Shown here piece by piece: positions 39,495 through 49,440 of a DNA stretch of 64,000 nucleotides (the first letter of the stretch is position 1; each line of letters starts with the position of its first letter). The notes beneath the pieces were generated by a model that was given only the letters and a program-made list of their open reading frames with translations, was not told where the DNA came from and did not search any database. The stretch covers positions 1,248,001 through 1,312,000 of the forward strand of contig CBDCDZ010000004.1 of NCBI GenBank assembly GCA_965215565.1, written 5' to 3'. The position numbers and the translations under genes are program-made. This stretch comes from Trueperaceae bacterium (GTDB lineage Bacteria; Deinococcota; Deinococci; Deinococcales; Trueperaceae).

Positions 39495-41333
39495 ATGACG
39501 AAGCACTATCTCATTCACAGTCTACTCGTCTGCGCGCTGCTACTACTCACAGCCTGCGGTACCCCAGATTCCACAGAAACGCCTGAGACACCCTCGAACG
39601 AAGCTATCGTAGGGTTTGAAGAGCAAGAGGTCGTCTGGGAAGCGTGCGACCCGAGCATCTTCTTGGAAGACTGGCGCGAACTGCTCGCTACGCTGGGTGA
39701 TCGCCTTGAATGCGCTACGCTTAGCACCCCCCTGGATTGGGGCGAGCCCGAGCTAGACACGATCAATCTAGGCGTGCTGCGCGTCCGCGCAGGCAACGAC
39801 GCGGAGCGTAAAGGGGCTATTTTCCTCAATCCGGGTGGGCCAGGAGGGGACGGGCTCGAGGTCGGCGCGATCTTCGGACTTATCTTCGCCAGTAGCGATC
39901 TCGCGAGCGAGATAACTGCCGCATCGGACCTTTTGACTCAAGTCTCCGAGCAGTATGACGTGATAGGCTTCTCGCCGCGCGGCGTCGGCGGCTCCTTTCA
40001 GCTCTTTTGCGGCAGCAATGAACAGTATGTGGACGCCAACTTTTACACTGACCGTTCCGACGAAAACGTCCAAGCTCTCTTAGCTGGTGCGAAGCAAGAA
40101 GCTGACGCTTGCCTCAACACGCCGCTCTACAAGCACATTAGCACTGAACAGACGGCGCGAGATATGGACCTTATTCGTCAGGTGTTGGGTGACGACAAGC
40201 TCAACTACTTGGGTTACTCTTACGGCACTTGGTTGGGCTCTTGGTACGCCAAGCTCTTCCCTGAGCACGCAGGCAACATGGTTTTAGATGCAAACTTAGA
40301 TTTTTCTGCGGGCTGGCCCGAGGCGGAGCAGTTGGATTTTTTGGGATTCCAGCGTGCGTTCGAGGACGTAGCACTCGCCTACGCCGCCCGCAACGACGCG
40401 CTTTTCGAACTCGGCGCGACTCAAGAGGAAGTTTATGCGGTTTACGAGGGTCTACCTACAGAGATGAAAGAGGCGCTAAACGATATCGGTCTCATCAGTA
40501 CCCTCTACAGCTCGCAGCGTGTTCAAGAAACCGCAGCGAGTCTCATCGCGGCTGAGGGCGTGAGCACCGTGCTCAGCAGTCTCGAGACGTCCCCATCACC
40601 CGACGCGCCTGAGACCTACGGTGCGTTTTTAGAGGCGGTGGCAGCGTACACATATGTTAGCGACGAAGCGCTCAACGAGGAGGTCGTGAATCTCGCAGTC
40701 TCCCTGGCTGAGGTTTACCTCTTCTATCTGGACCCACCGCCCGAGCCTATCACGTTACTACCCGGCCACGCCGTTCTTCACGCGGTACATTGCAATGAGA
40801 GTGATTATAACAATGACCCTAACTACTGGATTCAGCAAGGCGATCAGTTGAACCAGCAGTATCCTCTTTTAGGTGGGAGAATCACTTTCCAAGTCTGTGC
40901 TTACTGGGATGAGCCCAACGCTCAAATGCCCGACGTGCCCGAGAACATACCCCCCGTTCTGATGGTGCAGACGGGGTTCGACGCCGCAACAGCTGTCGAG
41001 GGTGCGCGTAGAGGCTTTGAGTCGCTACCGAACGCGAAGCTTATCTACGTCGAAAATGAGATGACACACGCCATCTTTCCTTACAACACACCTTGTGTAG
41101 ATGAAAAAGTGGCCGCCTACCTGCTCGACGGCACCTTGCCGGAAGAGGATATCTCGAGCTGCGACGCTAAACCCCTCCCCGGCGAAGACCAAGTCTACCC
41201 GCCGGGCGGCGTGCCAAGCTTCGGCACGCAGAGCTTGAGCACGCAGGCAGCGGAGACATTCGAACCCAACCCACTCTACGACCTCGTCCATGAGATGATC
41301 CGCGAAAACGCCGCCGACTTCTTTGGTCACTAG
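39495..41333 (+). CDS. TAP-like alpha/beta-fold peptidase lipoprotein (S33)
   Basis: LTAC lipobox, NPGGPG, GYSYGT, DAAT, H near the C-terminus. Confidence 0.88.
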   Translation: MTKHYLIHSLLVCALLLLTACGTPDSTETPETPSNEAIVGFEEQEVVWEACDPSIFLEDWRELLATLGDRLECATLSTPLDWGEPELDTINLGVLRVRAGNDAERKGAIFLNPGGPGGDGLEVGAIFGLIFASSDLASEITAASDLLTQVSEQYDVIGFSPRGVGGSFQLFCGSNEQYVDANFYTDRSDENVQALLAGAKQEADACLNTPLYKHISTEQTARDMDLIRQVLGDDKLNYLGYSYGTWLGSWYAKLFPEHAGNMVLDANLDFSAGWPEAEQLDFLGFQRAFEDVALAYAARNDALFELGATQEEVYAVYEGLPTEMKEALNDIGLISTLYSSQRVQETAASLIAAEGVSTVLSSLETSPSPDAPETYGAFLEAVAAYTYVSDEALNEEVVNLAVSLAEVYLFYLDPPPEPITLLPGHAVLHAVHCNESDYNNDPNYWIQQGDQLNQQYPLLGGRITFQVCAYWDEPNAQMPDVPENIPPVLMVQTGFDAATAVEGARRGFESLPNAKLIYVENEMTHAIFPYNTPCVDEKVAAYLLDGTLPEEDISSCDAKPLPGEDQVYPPGGVPSFGTQSLSTQAAETFEPNPLYDLVHEMIRENAADFFGH

Positions 41334-41433
41334 AACTTAGAAGTTGATGAAGGGGCGCTCAGCAGTTTAGGGCGTCCCTTTCACGTCCGCGTTCTAACGT
41401 GAGACGTACCTCGGCGTACGTAGGAGTGTCATC

Positions 41434-41988
41434 TTGAAACGTATGAATTTGTTACTTATCCTCGCTATTGCTGCCTGCGCGCCCAGCATACAGGAGCGTG
41501 CGGAACCAGAGGGGACGGCGCAAATGCCCGCGCCTCAAGTCACTGAATTCAAAACACAACTCCTCGGCAACACCCTAAGCGTGCCTGGCACAAAGAGCAC
41601 CGTCGCCATAGACACGCCTTTTTTACAGGGCGAGCTGGCTCCTTTTGAAGCAGGGCAAGACAAGGGCACGGTGCGCCTCTTGTCACAGGGTATGCGCGTG
41701 AGACAAGGTGAACAGGCGTTCCTGGTCTTACCTGTCGAAATTTTGCGCGTATCCGGGGCGGGTGGACTCTACCTCATGCTTTTAGAGGAGGTAGGCGAAA
41801 CCTACACGCAGCGTGACGCTGAGCGTTTAGGTCAGCGGGTGAGCTTGCTCAGGTTAGAACTCGAGAACAACCTCATCACCGCCACCACCGTCGATTCGCG
41901 TCTCGGCAAAGCGCCTGACTTCGAGGTGACGCGGGGCGGCGTCAAGCGCTTTGAACTGCGGGAGGGTGAGTTGGTGGAGTCGAGCTAA
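41434..41988 (+). CDS. Hypothetical lipoprotein
   Basis: IAAC lipobox; AGGAG upstream. Confidence 0.6.
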   Translation: MKRMNLLLILAIAACAPSIQERAEPEGTAQMPAPQVTEFKTQLLGNTLSVPGTKSTVAIDTPFLQGELAPFEAGQDKGTVRLLSQGMRVRQGEQAFLVLPVEILRVSGAGGLYLMLLEEVGETYTQRDAERLGQRVSLLRLELENNLITATTVDSRLGKAPDFEVTRGGVKRFELREGELVESS

Positions 41989-42221
41989 GCGTCGTAGAAC
42001 CTTGTAAGAGCTACGCGCGAGCGTCCTCAACAGCGTTTCTCACCCCCAACAGCGGTAGGTTGAGTCGGTGTAGAGGGTGGGGACGGAGCGCTCGAGCCCC
42101 CTCTCAATCTCATCTCTCGAACCTTGTTTATAGCGAAGTTTATAGCGAACGAGAGCCGCGAATGAAACACCTCATAGACGCCCCCCTCCATATCCTCTAC
42201 CATGCGCGCTAGGAGGCAATT

Positions 42222-42575
42222 TTGAAGCGTCTAATCTCTCTACTCGCTCTCACGAGCACCCTCATTTTGAGCGCCTGCGATCCGGCTGTCCGGGTTGAAA
42301 ATAACGTTTTACCCACTCTCTACTCGACCAGCGTACCGCAGACCCAAGGCGAGCCCTTGGTCTTGCAGGGGCGCTACTTCGGCGGCGGTCAAAATAGCGA
42401 GAGCTACGTCATCTTGGGAGCCGACATCAGCGGTCAGGGCGGCGTCACCGTCAGACCTGACGACTGGAACGCCAAGCGCATCCGCGTCGACGTGCCCGAG
42501 GGCGCGGGTCCGGGTTACGTGTTCGTCGTCGCGAACGGCACCCGCAGCAACGGTCTACCTGCAAACCTTCGCTGA
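42222..42575 (+). CDS. IPT/TIG-like domain lipoprotein
   Basis: LSAC lipobox; LQGRYFG, W...I...VP.GAG.G.VFV...SN; AGGAGG RBS. Confidence 0.7.
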   Translation: MKRLISLLALTSTLILSACDPAVRVENNVLPTLYSTSVPQTQGEPLVLQGRYFGGGQNSESYVILGADISGQGGVTVRPDDWNAKRIRVDVPEGAGPGYVFVVANGTRSNGLPANLR

Positions 42576-42703
42576 GCCGAAGACGAGACAATATGTAACG
42601 TTGAAGAGGTGGTCCAACCACCTCTTCTCTCTTTGATTTGCGCAGCTTTCGCGTAGCGAATGACAACGTTTTTGCTGCAAGCAAAACGGACTCGAGCGGT
42701 GTA

Positions 42704-42814
42704 TAGCGGTTATTAGAAGTATTAAATTGAAATAGCGCAGATATCATCCTACAATGTGCGTGCTAGTCGTTGTTCTATCATGTGAGATTGGCTCAAACCA
42801 GATGATACCTGCTA
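42704..42814 (-). mobile_element. MITE-like repeat family A copy (short variant; unoccupied IS110 target)
   Basis: tagcggtt...ctcaaaccagatgatacctgcta. Confidence 0.8.
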
Positions 42815-43046
42815 TAAACGTTTCCCCGAGCGCTTTTCTCGGTGATATGGGATGAAGCGGAATCCGTATCGGGTTAGCAGTTCCAAAACATACTGAGACA
42901 GATTACTGCAGGTCTCTGTCCGTAGGACTAGCGGGATTTCATCTCCGCAAGTGCGTGCCAGTTACGCAGTTTGCTGCCTAGCAACGGTAACTCGCATAGT
43001 GAGAATGTGAGAATGTCTCAAACCAGATGAACTTAGTATAGAGTTG

Positions 43047-43985
43047 TCAAGCCCCCTTCCACCTCTGTGGGTGCTGCTGAGTGACTTGCAGCATGAAACG
43101 AAAGAGTTCTCTTGCGAGATAGGTTTTGAGACTTCTTAGAGCAGCCCGGCGGGTCTTGCCTTGCTGCTGTTTCTTGTCGAGATAGGCTCTTGTCGGTTCG
43201 CTGTGGCGCAGTCTGACTTGGGCAATCATGTGAAAGGTGCGGTTGAGCCGACGGTTGCCGCCGATGTTGAGTTGCCTTCTCTTCTGACCACCAGAAGAGC
43301 GCTCGACAGGCGCACAACCTGAATACATGGCAAAGGCGTGTTGTGAACGAAAGCGTCGGATGTCACCTGCTTCAGCAAGTAGCGTGGCGGCGTGAACGAC
43401 GCCGACGCCAAAGACCTCTAAGAGTTCAGGCATCAGTTCGTCAACGAGGGCTTTCATCGCCTGCTCGAGCGTCTTGAGTTGTTCTTTAAGCACTGCAATA
43501 ACGGCTTCGACGGCTTGGCGAGCCACCTCTAGCTCAAGGCTCGCTAAGCTCAGCTTGTGCGCTGTAAGCTGTTTAGCTAGCGCTTCTCGGGTGCGGGTCA
43601 GATGTTTGAGGTCTTCAACCGCTTGCCGAGGTGCAAACGTAGTCAGCTCAGGATTAGCCAAAGCAGCCCGAGCTACGTTTTCAGCGTCTACCTCATCACT
43701 CTTCTTGCGTCCTCTTTTGCTGCGGTACTGACTCGTCAGACTCGGACTAATGTCCACAACCTTATGGTCCTGCCCGAGCAACGCTTGACTCAACCTCCGA
43801 GCAAAGGGGTTATTCGCCCCTTCAATAGCGCACCGCTGAACGTCATAGCGCTTTATCCAGTGCTCCAAAGTTGCCAAGCCCTCAGCCGTATTCGTAACGG
43901 TGCAGTGACCTAATACCTTGCCCTGTTTATCTAACGCTGCTGCGGTATGGCTCTGCGGATGTGGATCAACCCCTATAATGACCAT
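43047..43985 (-). CDS. IS110-family DEDD recombinase/transposase
   Basis: IGVD, IEG, KSDEVDA (DEDD); GVGVVHAA, F..YSG.AP..RSSG (catalytic Ser), GGNRRLN. Confidence 0.95.
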   Translation of the reverse strand: MVIIGVDPHPQSHTAAALDKQGKVLGHCTVTNTAEGLATLEHWIKRYDVQRCAIEGANNPFARRLSQALLGQDHKVVDISPSLTSQYRSKRGRKKSDEVDAENVARAALANPELTTFAPRQAVEDLKHLTRTREALAKQLTAHKLSLASLELEVARQAVEAVIAVLKEQLKTLEQAMKALVDELMPELLEVFGVGVVHAATLLAEAGDIRRFRSQHAFAMYSGCAPVERSSGGQKRRQLNIGGNRRLNRTFHMIAQVRLRHSEPTRAYLDKKQQQGKTRRAALRSLKTYLARELFRFMLQVTQQHPQRWKGA

Positions 43986-44004
43986 ACAACCTCCTTAGGT
44001 TGCT

Positions 44005-44143
44005 GCTCACGGTAGCTGCTTATCCGTCTATGAGGCTACTAAGCGTCTTAGTATCAGGCAAGCTCCGTGTAGCTTAGTGAGCGAGGTGTGCAGTTCATCT
44101 GTTAGCCCTAAAGCTGATACTTGCTGGGCATCACCTCGCTTCT
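44005..44143 (-). ncRNA. Predicted bridge RNA (target-binding loop and donor-binding loop)
   Basis: Two stems with internal loops. Loop segments AGCAAGUAUC and CAGAUGA match the target; AUACUAAG and AUAGACGGA match the donor junction. Confidence 0.82.
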
Positions 44144-44185
44144 CTTAATATACGGATACCTGCTAAGGTGTTAGACTCAGGACTT

Positions 44186-45436
44186 ATGACCCTCCGAACT
44201 GCCAGAGGCACCTTTGATATTTTGCCCGAGGACCAACCTCGTTATAGGGCGCTCTACAGCGCGGCTGAGCGCGTGCTAGGGGGCGCGGGCGTTTTAGAAA
44301 TCGCTACGCCCATCTTCGAATATACCGAGGTCTTTACCAAGTCAGTCGGCGCGTCGTCGGACCTCGTGGTGCAAAAGGAGATGTACACCTTTGAGAAGGG
44401 CGAGCGCTCCTTGACCTTGCGTCCCGAATTTACGGCGGGCGTCCTGCGCGCCTATATCGAGAACGGGCTGAGTAGCCGCCGGACGCCTGTCAAGCTGTGG
44501 AGCAAGGGTCCGGTCTTTCGCGCCGAACGCCCTCAGCGCGGCAGGTTCCACCAGTTCCACCAGGTCAACTGTGAGTTGTTGGGGCTCGAGACGCCCCTCA
44601 TCGACGCCGAGGCGGTTGCGCTCCTCTACACGGTCCTGAGGGAATGTGGGCTCAGCGAACTGCGCGTCAAACTCGGCTCGGTAGGTGACCCCGAAGATAG
44701 GGCGCGCTACAACGATTACTTGAGAAACGAGCTTCGCGCGGCGGACCTTTCCGAAACCTCGCGAGAACGCCTGCGCCTCAACCCGATGCGCATTTTGGAC
44801 TCTAAAGACGAAAAGGACCAGGGCGTCATCCGCGATTTGAAACGTCCGCTGGACTTTCTCAACGAGGACGCTGCCGCGCACTTCGGGGCGGTCAAGGGCT
44901 ATTTGGAAGCGTGGCGTATTCCCTTCGACGTGGACGACAGCATCGTGCGCGGGCTCGACTACTACCGCCGCACCGCCTTTGAGATTCACCACGGCAGTAT
45001 CGGCGCGCAGTCCGCGCTCTGCGGCGGCGGACGTTACGACGGCCTAGTCGAGAGCATGGGCGGGCCGCCGACGCCCGGCGTCGGCTGGGCGTTCGGTGCG
45101 GAGCGCGTCTTGGACGCTATGAACGAAGAGAACGTCGCCCTCCCCGCTGCCCCGCGCCCCGCGCTCTTTCTCGTGCCGATGGACGAATTTGCTATAGGAG
45201 AGGTTGCGCAGACCGCGCTGCGCCTCCGCCCCACCTTTTGGGTTGAACATGCGTATACTAAGCGCAACCCCGGCAAGGGGCTTAAAGAGGCGGACCGCGC
45301 CGGGGCCCACTACGCCGCCCTGCGCGGCTCCAAAGAGCGCCAAGAAGGGGTTTACAGCGTGAAGCACCTGGGGTCGGGCGAGCAGACGCAGGTGCCAGAA
45401 GGTGAATTAGGGGCGTTCCTAAAAGCGCATACTTAA
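44186..45436 (+). CDS. hisS: Histidine--tRNA ligase
   Basis: KEMYTF, LRPEFTAG, FRAERPQRGR, VRGLDYY, GGGRYDGL. Confidence 0.97.
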   Translation: MTLRTARGTFDILPEDQPRYRALYSAAERVLGGAGVLEIATPIFEYTEVFTKSVGASSDLVVQKEMYTFEKGERSLTLRPEFTAGVLRAYIENGLSSRRTPVKLWSKGPVFRAERPQRGRFHQFHQVNCELLGLETPLIDAEAVALLYTVLRECGLSELRVKLGSVGDPEDRARYNDYLRNELRAADLSETSRERLRLNPMRILDSKDEKDQGVIRDLKRPLDFLNEDAAAHFGAVKGYLEAWRIPFDVDDSIVRGLDYYRRTAFEIHHGSIGAQSALCGGGRYDGLVESMGGPPTPGVGWAFGAERVLDAMNEENVALPAAPRPALFLVPMDEFAIGEVAQTALRLRPTFWVEHAYTKRNPGKGLKEADRAGAHYAALRGSKERQEGVYSVKHLGSGEQTQVPEGELGAFLKAHT

Positions 45437-45473
45437 AATAGAGGTTACTGAAAATAGAGGTTAATGAGGACTT

Positions 45474-47318
45474 ATGAAACGAACACACACCTGCGGCGAA
45501 CTGCGCCCCGAACATGCTGGACAAGAGGTCACGTTACAAGGTTGGGTCAACCGCCGCCGCGACTTGGGCGGGCTCATCTTTCTGGACTTGCGAGACCGTA
45601 CGGGTCTGGTGCAAATCGTTATCGACCCTGAGCAGGCAGAAGCGTTCGCCGTCGCCGAGAGGTTGCGCAGCGAATACATCGTCCAGATTCGCGGAGAGGT
45701 GCGGCTGCGCCCCGAAGACCAACGCAGCGAGCGCATGGCGACGGGCGAGGTGGAGGTGCTCGCCGGGAGCGTCACCCTCCTCTCCGAAGCGAAAACACCG
45801 CCCTTTCAGGTGGACGGCTCGGTGGACGCTTCTGAGGTCAACGAGGAGTTGCGCTTAAAGCACCGCTACCTCGATTTGCGCCGCCCCGAAGCGCTGAGCC
45901 CGCTCGTGTTGCGCCACAAGGTCTCTAAAGCGATTTGGGACTATCTGGACGCTCAGGGCTTCTTGCAGATTGAGACGCCACTGCTGACCCTCTCCACGCC
46001 GGAGGGCGCACGGGACTTCGTCGTCCCGGCGCGGCAACGCGCGGGCAGTTTCTACGCGCTGCCGCAGTCGCCGCAGCTCTTTAAGCAGATGCTGATGATG
46101 GCGGGCGCGGAGCGCTACTTTCAGATTGCGCGCTGCTTTCGCGACGAGGACTTGCGCGCGGACCGCCAGCCCGACTTTACGCAGCTCGACATCGAGATGT
46201 CGTTTGTGGACCAAGAGGACATCTTGGCGCTCAACGAGGCGCTCATGACGCACGTTGTTAAAGCCGCAACGGGGCGCGATATTACGATGCCCTTTCCGCG
46301 TCTAACCTATCAGGACGCCATGAACCGTTACGGCTCAGACAAGCCCGACGTGCGCTTTGGTTTAGAGATGACGGACGTATCCGACCTCTTCACAGGCACC
46401 GAGTTTCGCGGCTTCGCGTCCGCGCTGGACGCGGGCGGCGTCATCAAGGCGCTCGCTGTACGGGGTGAGCAGGCGCAAGGCTTGAGCCGCAAAGTTTTGG
46501 GTGAGTTGGAGAATCAAGCGAAGACCTACGGCGCGAAAGGGATGGCGTGGGTCAAGCGTAGCGGCGCACATAACCAGGGTGGCGTGAGCGGACCAATCGG
46601 GAAGTTTTTATCCGAGCAAGAGGTGGCGGGACTATTGGAGCACCTTCCCAACGAAAACGACACCCTGCTCCTCGTGGCGGACACCTGGCGCACCGCGTGC
46701 GAAGCTTTGGGCGCGGTGCGGCTCAAGCTGGGGCGTACCCTGTTTGTAGACGCGGGCTTGACGGAAGGTGAGGGGCTCGAGTTCCTCTGGGTGGTGGACT
46801 TTCCCCTTTTGGAGCGAGACGATGAAGGCGGCTACACCTACATGCACCACCCCTTCACCCAACCTCACGAAAAGGATTTGGAACGCTTGGAGGATGACCC
46901 CGCCAGCGTCCGCGCCTGGGCGTACGACCTCGTCTTGAACGGCTCGGAAGTCGGCGGCGGCTCGCTCCGTATCCACCGTTTAGAGGTGCAGAAGCGGATG
47001 TTCGAGGCGCTAGGTTTTAGTGAAGAGGAGGCGCAAGCCCGCTTCGGCTTCTTTTTGGACGCGCTCGAGTACGGCGCACCGCCGCACGGCGGCATCGCTT
47101 GGGGCTTGGACCGCTTGGTGATGCTCCTAGCAGGCGCGAGCAGCCTGCGCGACGTCATCGCCTTTCCTAAAAATCAGCGCGGCGCGGACCCCTTGACGGG
47201 CGCACCTGCCGCCTTGGATGAGGTGCAACTCGGTGAATTCCTACGTGTGCTGGACGAGGTAGACAACAAAAAGGTAGATAACAAAAAGGTAGACGAAGCA
47301 GACAAGGAGCCCGCATGA
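45474..47318 (+). CDS. aspS: Aspartate--tRNA ligase
   Basis: [38 protein letters not shown]. Confidence 0.97.
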   Translation: MKRTHTCGELRPEHAGQEVTLQGWVNRRRDLGGLIFLDLRDRTGLVQIVIDPEQAEAFAVAERLRSEYIVQIRGEVRLRPEDQRSERMATGEVEVLAGSVTLLSEAKTPPFQVDGSVDASEVNEELRLKHRYLDLRRPEALSPLVLRHKVSKAIWDYLDAQGFLQIETPLLTLSTPEGARDFVVPARQRAGSFYALPQSPQLFKQMLMMAGAERYFQIARCFRDEDLRADRQPDFTQLDIEMSFVDQEDILALNEALMTHVVKAATGRDITMPFPRLTYQDAMNRYGSDKPDVRFGLEMTDVSDLFTGTEFRGFASALDAGGVIKALAVRGEQAQGLSRKVLGELENQAKTYGAKGMAWVKRSGAHNQGGVSGPIGKFLSEQEVAGLLEHLPNENDTLLLVADTWRTACEALGAVRLKLGRTLFVDAGLTEGEGLEFLWVVDFPLLERDDEGGYTYMHHPFTQPHEKDLERLEDDPASVRAWAYDLVLNGSEVGGGSLRIHRLEVQKRMFEALGFSEEEAQARFGFFLDALEYGAPPHGGIAWGLDRLVMLLAGASSLRDVIAFPKNQRGADPLTGAPAALDEVQLGEFLRVLDEVDNKKVDNKKVDEADKEPA

Positions 47319-48121
47319 TTCCGCTCATCCTCTTAGATTTAGACGGCACGCTCATCGGGGCGTCCGGGACGGTCAAGGACTGCGTGTGGAACGCTGCTGA
47401 GAGGGTGCGCGAGGCGGGCGTCAGGCTCGCGGTTTGCACGGGGCGTCCGTGCGGCGGCGTGGCGCAGAAGGTGGCGGCGCGGCTCGGTCCCTCGACGCCG
47501 CACATCTTTCAGAGCGGCGCGCTCATCACCTACGCCGACGGCGAGGCAGTGCAAGTTTACGCGCTCAAAGACGCAAATACGGAGCGCCTCATCGAGCACG
47601 CCAGAGACAACGGGCTCACTTTAGAGCTTTACTCGCCCAACGCGCTCTTCGTCGAGCGCAAAACGCCACTGAGCGAAGCGCACGCCAAGATGCTCGGCAT
47701 GAACGCCATCGTACGCGACCTCTTTGACGTAATGGAGAACGAGCCCGTGGTGCGCGCGCAGTGGGTCGTCTCGAGGGAAAAGGCTCCCATCGCCATGTCC
47801 CTAAAGCTCGAGACCGCCCAGTTCAGCCGCGCCACCTCGCCCGCGCAAGAGGGCACCTTTTTCATCAGTGTGACGCAGAAGGGCGTCTCGAAGGGCACGG
47901 CGGCGCGCCGGCTCGCCGAAGAACTCAAGGTGGACCTAAAGAACGTCATAGGCGTCGGCGATACCTCGGGGGACGAGCCGATGTTGGACGTCGTCGGGCA
48001 TCCCTTCATCATGGGAGGTGCCTCAAACGAACTCAGAGAGAAGTACGAGGCGTTGGACGACGTCGAGGCGTGCGGGGCGGTGGCGGCACTGGAAAGGGCG
48101 CTCGAGCTACCCGTCGCTTGA
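47315..48121 (+). CDS. Cof-type HAD hydrolase
   Basis: DLDGTL, CTGR, SKG, GDTSGD. Confidence 0.9.
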   Translation: MIPLILLDLDGTLIGASGTVKDCVWNAAERVREAGVRLAVCTGRPCGGVAQKVAARLGPSTPHIFQSGALITYADGEAVQVYALKDANTERLIEHARDNGLTLELYSPNALFVERKTPLSEAHAKMLGMNAIVRDLFDVMENEPVVRAQWVVSREKAPIAMSLKLETAQFSRATSPAQEGTFFISVTQKGVSKGTAARRLAEELKVDLKNVIGVGDTSGDEPMLDVVGHPFIMGGASNELREKYEALDDVEACGAVAALERALELPVA

Positions 48122-48435
48122 CCTTCCGCAACGTTCGAAAGAGCGTTCCCCGCTGCCGAACGCTCCGTTTTCCAGTTCTATCCGAGAGGCAGCGCGAGTA
48201 CAGAGACTCTTTATTCAGCATCAGGGCAACTTATTTCATCACTCACGCAACACTGTAAAAAATCTCACATCAACGTCACAAGAGGTCCTTTCGCTCCGTA
48301 AGAGACGTTGCGGAGCCCTCTTTACGCGCCTTACTACACCTCTAGCCTTCTTTTCGGGGTATTTTTAACGCGCTTTATGCCGCGTTCTGTCCAAACCACG
48401 TTTCACCCCTCATCCGTCCCTGGACCCCACGCCTA

Positions 48436-49440
48436 ATGCCTCGCCGCGTCCTCCTCACGCTCGCCTCGTCACTGCTCCTCAGCGCGTTGGGCATCGGTCT
48501 CGTCGTCGTTCTGACGGGTGAACGGGGCAGCTTGGCGCAACTCGGCTCGCTGAGTTCACGCGCGCTCCTCTTGGGACTCGGCTCGCTCGCACTACACTAC
48601 CTCGCAGGCGGTGTGCGCCTGACGCTCTTGGCGCGCTTCTGCGGGACGCCCGTCTCGCTCCTAAGCGGGACGCGGGCGTTTATCTTAGGGCTCTTTTGCG
48701 CGGCGCTCACGCCGAGTGGCGGCGGCAACGCGCCCGCGATTGCCCTCTCCTTGCGGCGCGACGGTGTAAGCGGATCGCTCGCGTTAGCGCTCGCCATCTA
48801 CACGAGCGTGCTCGACATGCTCTTTTTCGCGTGGGCGGTGCCCGCCGCCGCGCTCGTTCTCGGACTGAGCGGTTCGCTGCCCCCGGCGCTTCTGTGGCTC
48901 AGCGTGCTTGCGACGCCCATCTGTCTGCTTCTCTGGTACGCCCTCTCCTTCGAACTGGGACGCTTTAAGCGGCTGCTCCTGCGCCTCTTCACGCTGCCGC
49001 TCCTCAAACGCTGGCAGCGCACCTCGAGCCGCTTCTTAAACCAACTCGACGAAACCTCGCAGTTCGTCGCGCGGCAACCTTTAGGGCGGCAGCTCAGTTT
49101 GCAGGGAGTCACGGCGCTGCTCCACTTGGTGCTCTACGCTATTTTCTTCTTCGTGGCGAACGATTTAGGTTTACAGGTTACGTTTGCCGAGACGCTCGCG
49201 CTGCTCCTGCTCGTCTCCGTGACCTCTTACGTCGTGCCGACGCCGGGCTCGAGCGGCTACCTAGAAATCGCGCTCGCTTACGCTTTCGCGGCGAACGGCG
49301 ACGCCGCGCTCGTCATTCCGGCGGTGCTCGCTTGGCGCGCTTTCAGTTTCTATCTGTCTATTGCGATAGGCGCAACCTTAGGGGGAGGCATTCTTATCAG
49401 AGAGATTGCAGCACGTCCAAAGGGAGAGGTTCGTGTCTAG
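48436..49440 (+). CDS. Lysylphosphatidylglycerol synthase TM / flippase-like protein
   Basis: ALTPSGGG, VPTPGSSGYLE, LAWR; multi-TM. Confidence 0.82.
   Translation: MPRRVLLTLASSLLLSALGIGLVVVLTGERGSLAQLGSLSSRALLLGLGSLALHYLAGGVRLTLLARFCGTPVSLLSGTRAFILGLFCAALTPSGGGNAPAIALSLRRDGVSGSLALALAIYTSVLDMLFFAWAVPAAALVLGLSGSLPPALLWLSVLATPICLLLWYALSFELGRFKRLLLRLFTLPLLKRWQRTSSRFLNQLDETSQFVARQPLGRQLSLQGVTALLHLVLYAIFFFVANDLGLQVTFAETLALLLLVSVTSYVVPTPGSSGYLEIALAYAFAANGDAALVIPAVLAWRAFSFYLSIAIGATLGGGILIREIAARPKGEVRV

Larger units (their letters stand above)
43029..44156 (-). mobile_element. IS110-family element, core dinucleotide GA (TC on the element strand) at both ends
   Basis: Boundaries defined by the empty-site sequence ccagatGAtacctgcta; about 170-nt upstream non-coding end, 16-nt downstream end. 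Confidence 0.9.
42875..44165 (-). mobile_element. MITE-like family A copy interrupted by IS110 (MITE parts 42875-43030 and 44157-44165)
   Basis: tagcagttcc...ctcaaaccagatGA [IS] GAtacctgcta reconstitutes the conserved end. Confidence 0.88.

Noticed and set aside
43031..44154. IS1111-type organisation with sub-terminal inverted repeats
   Set aside because: The long non-coding end is upstream of the recombinase and end complementarity is weak, which fits the IS110 group.
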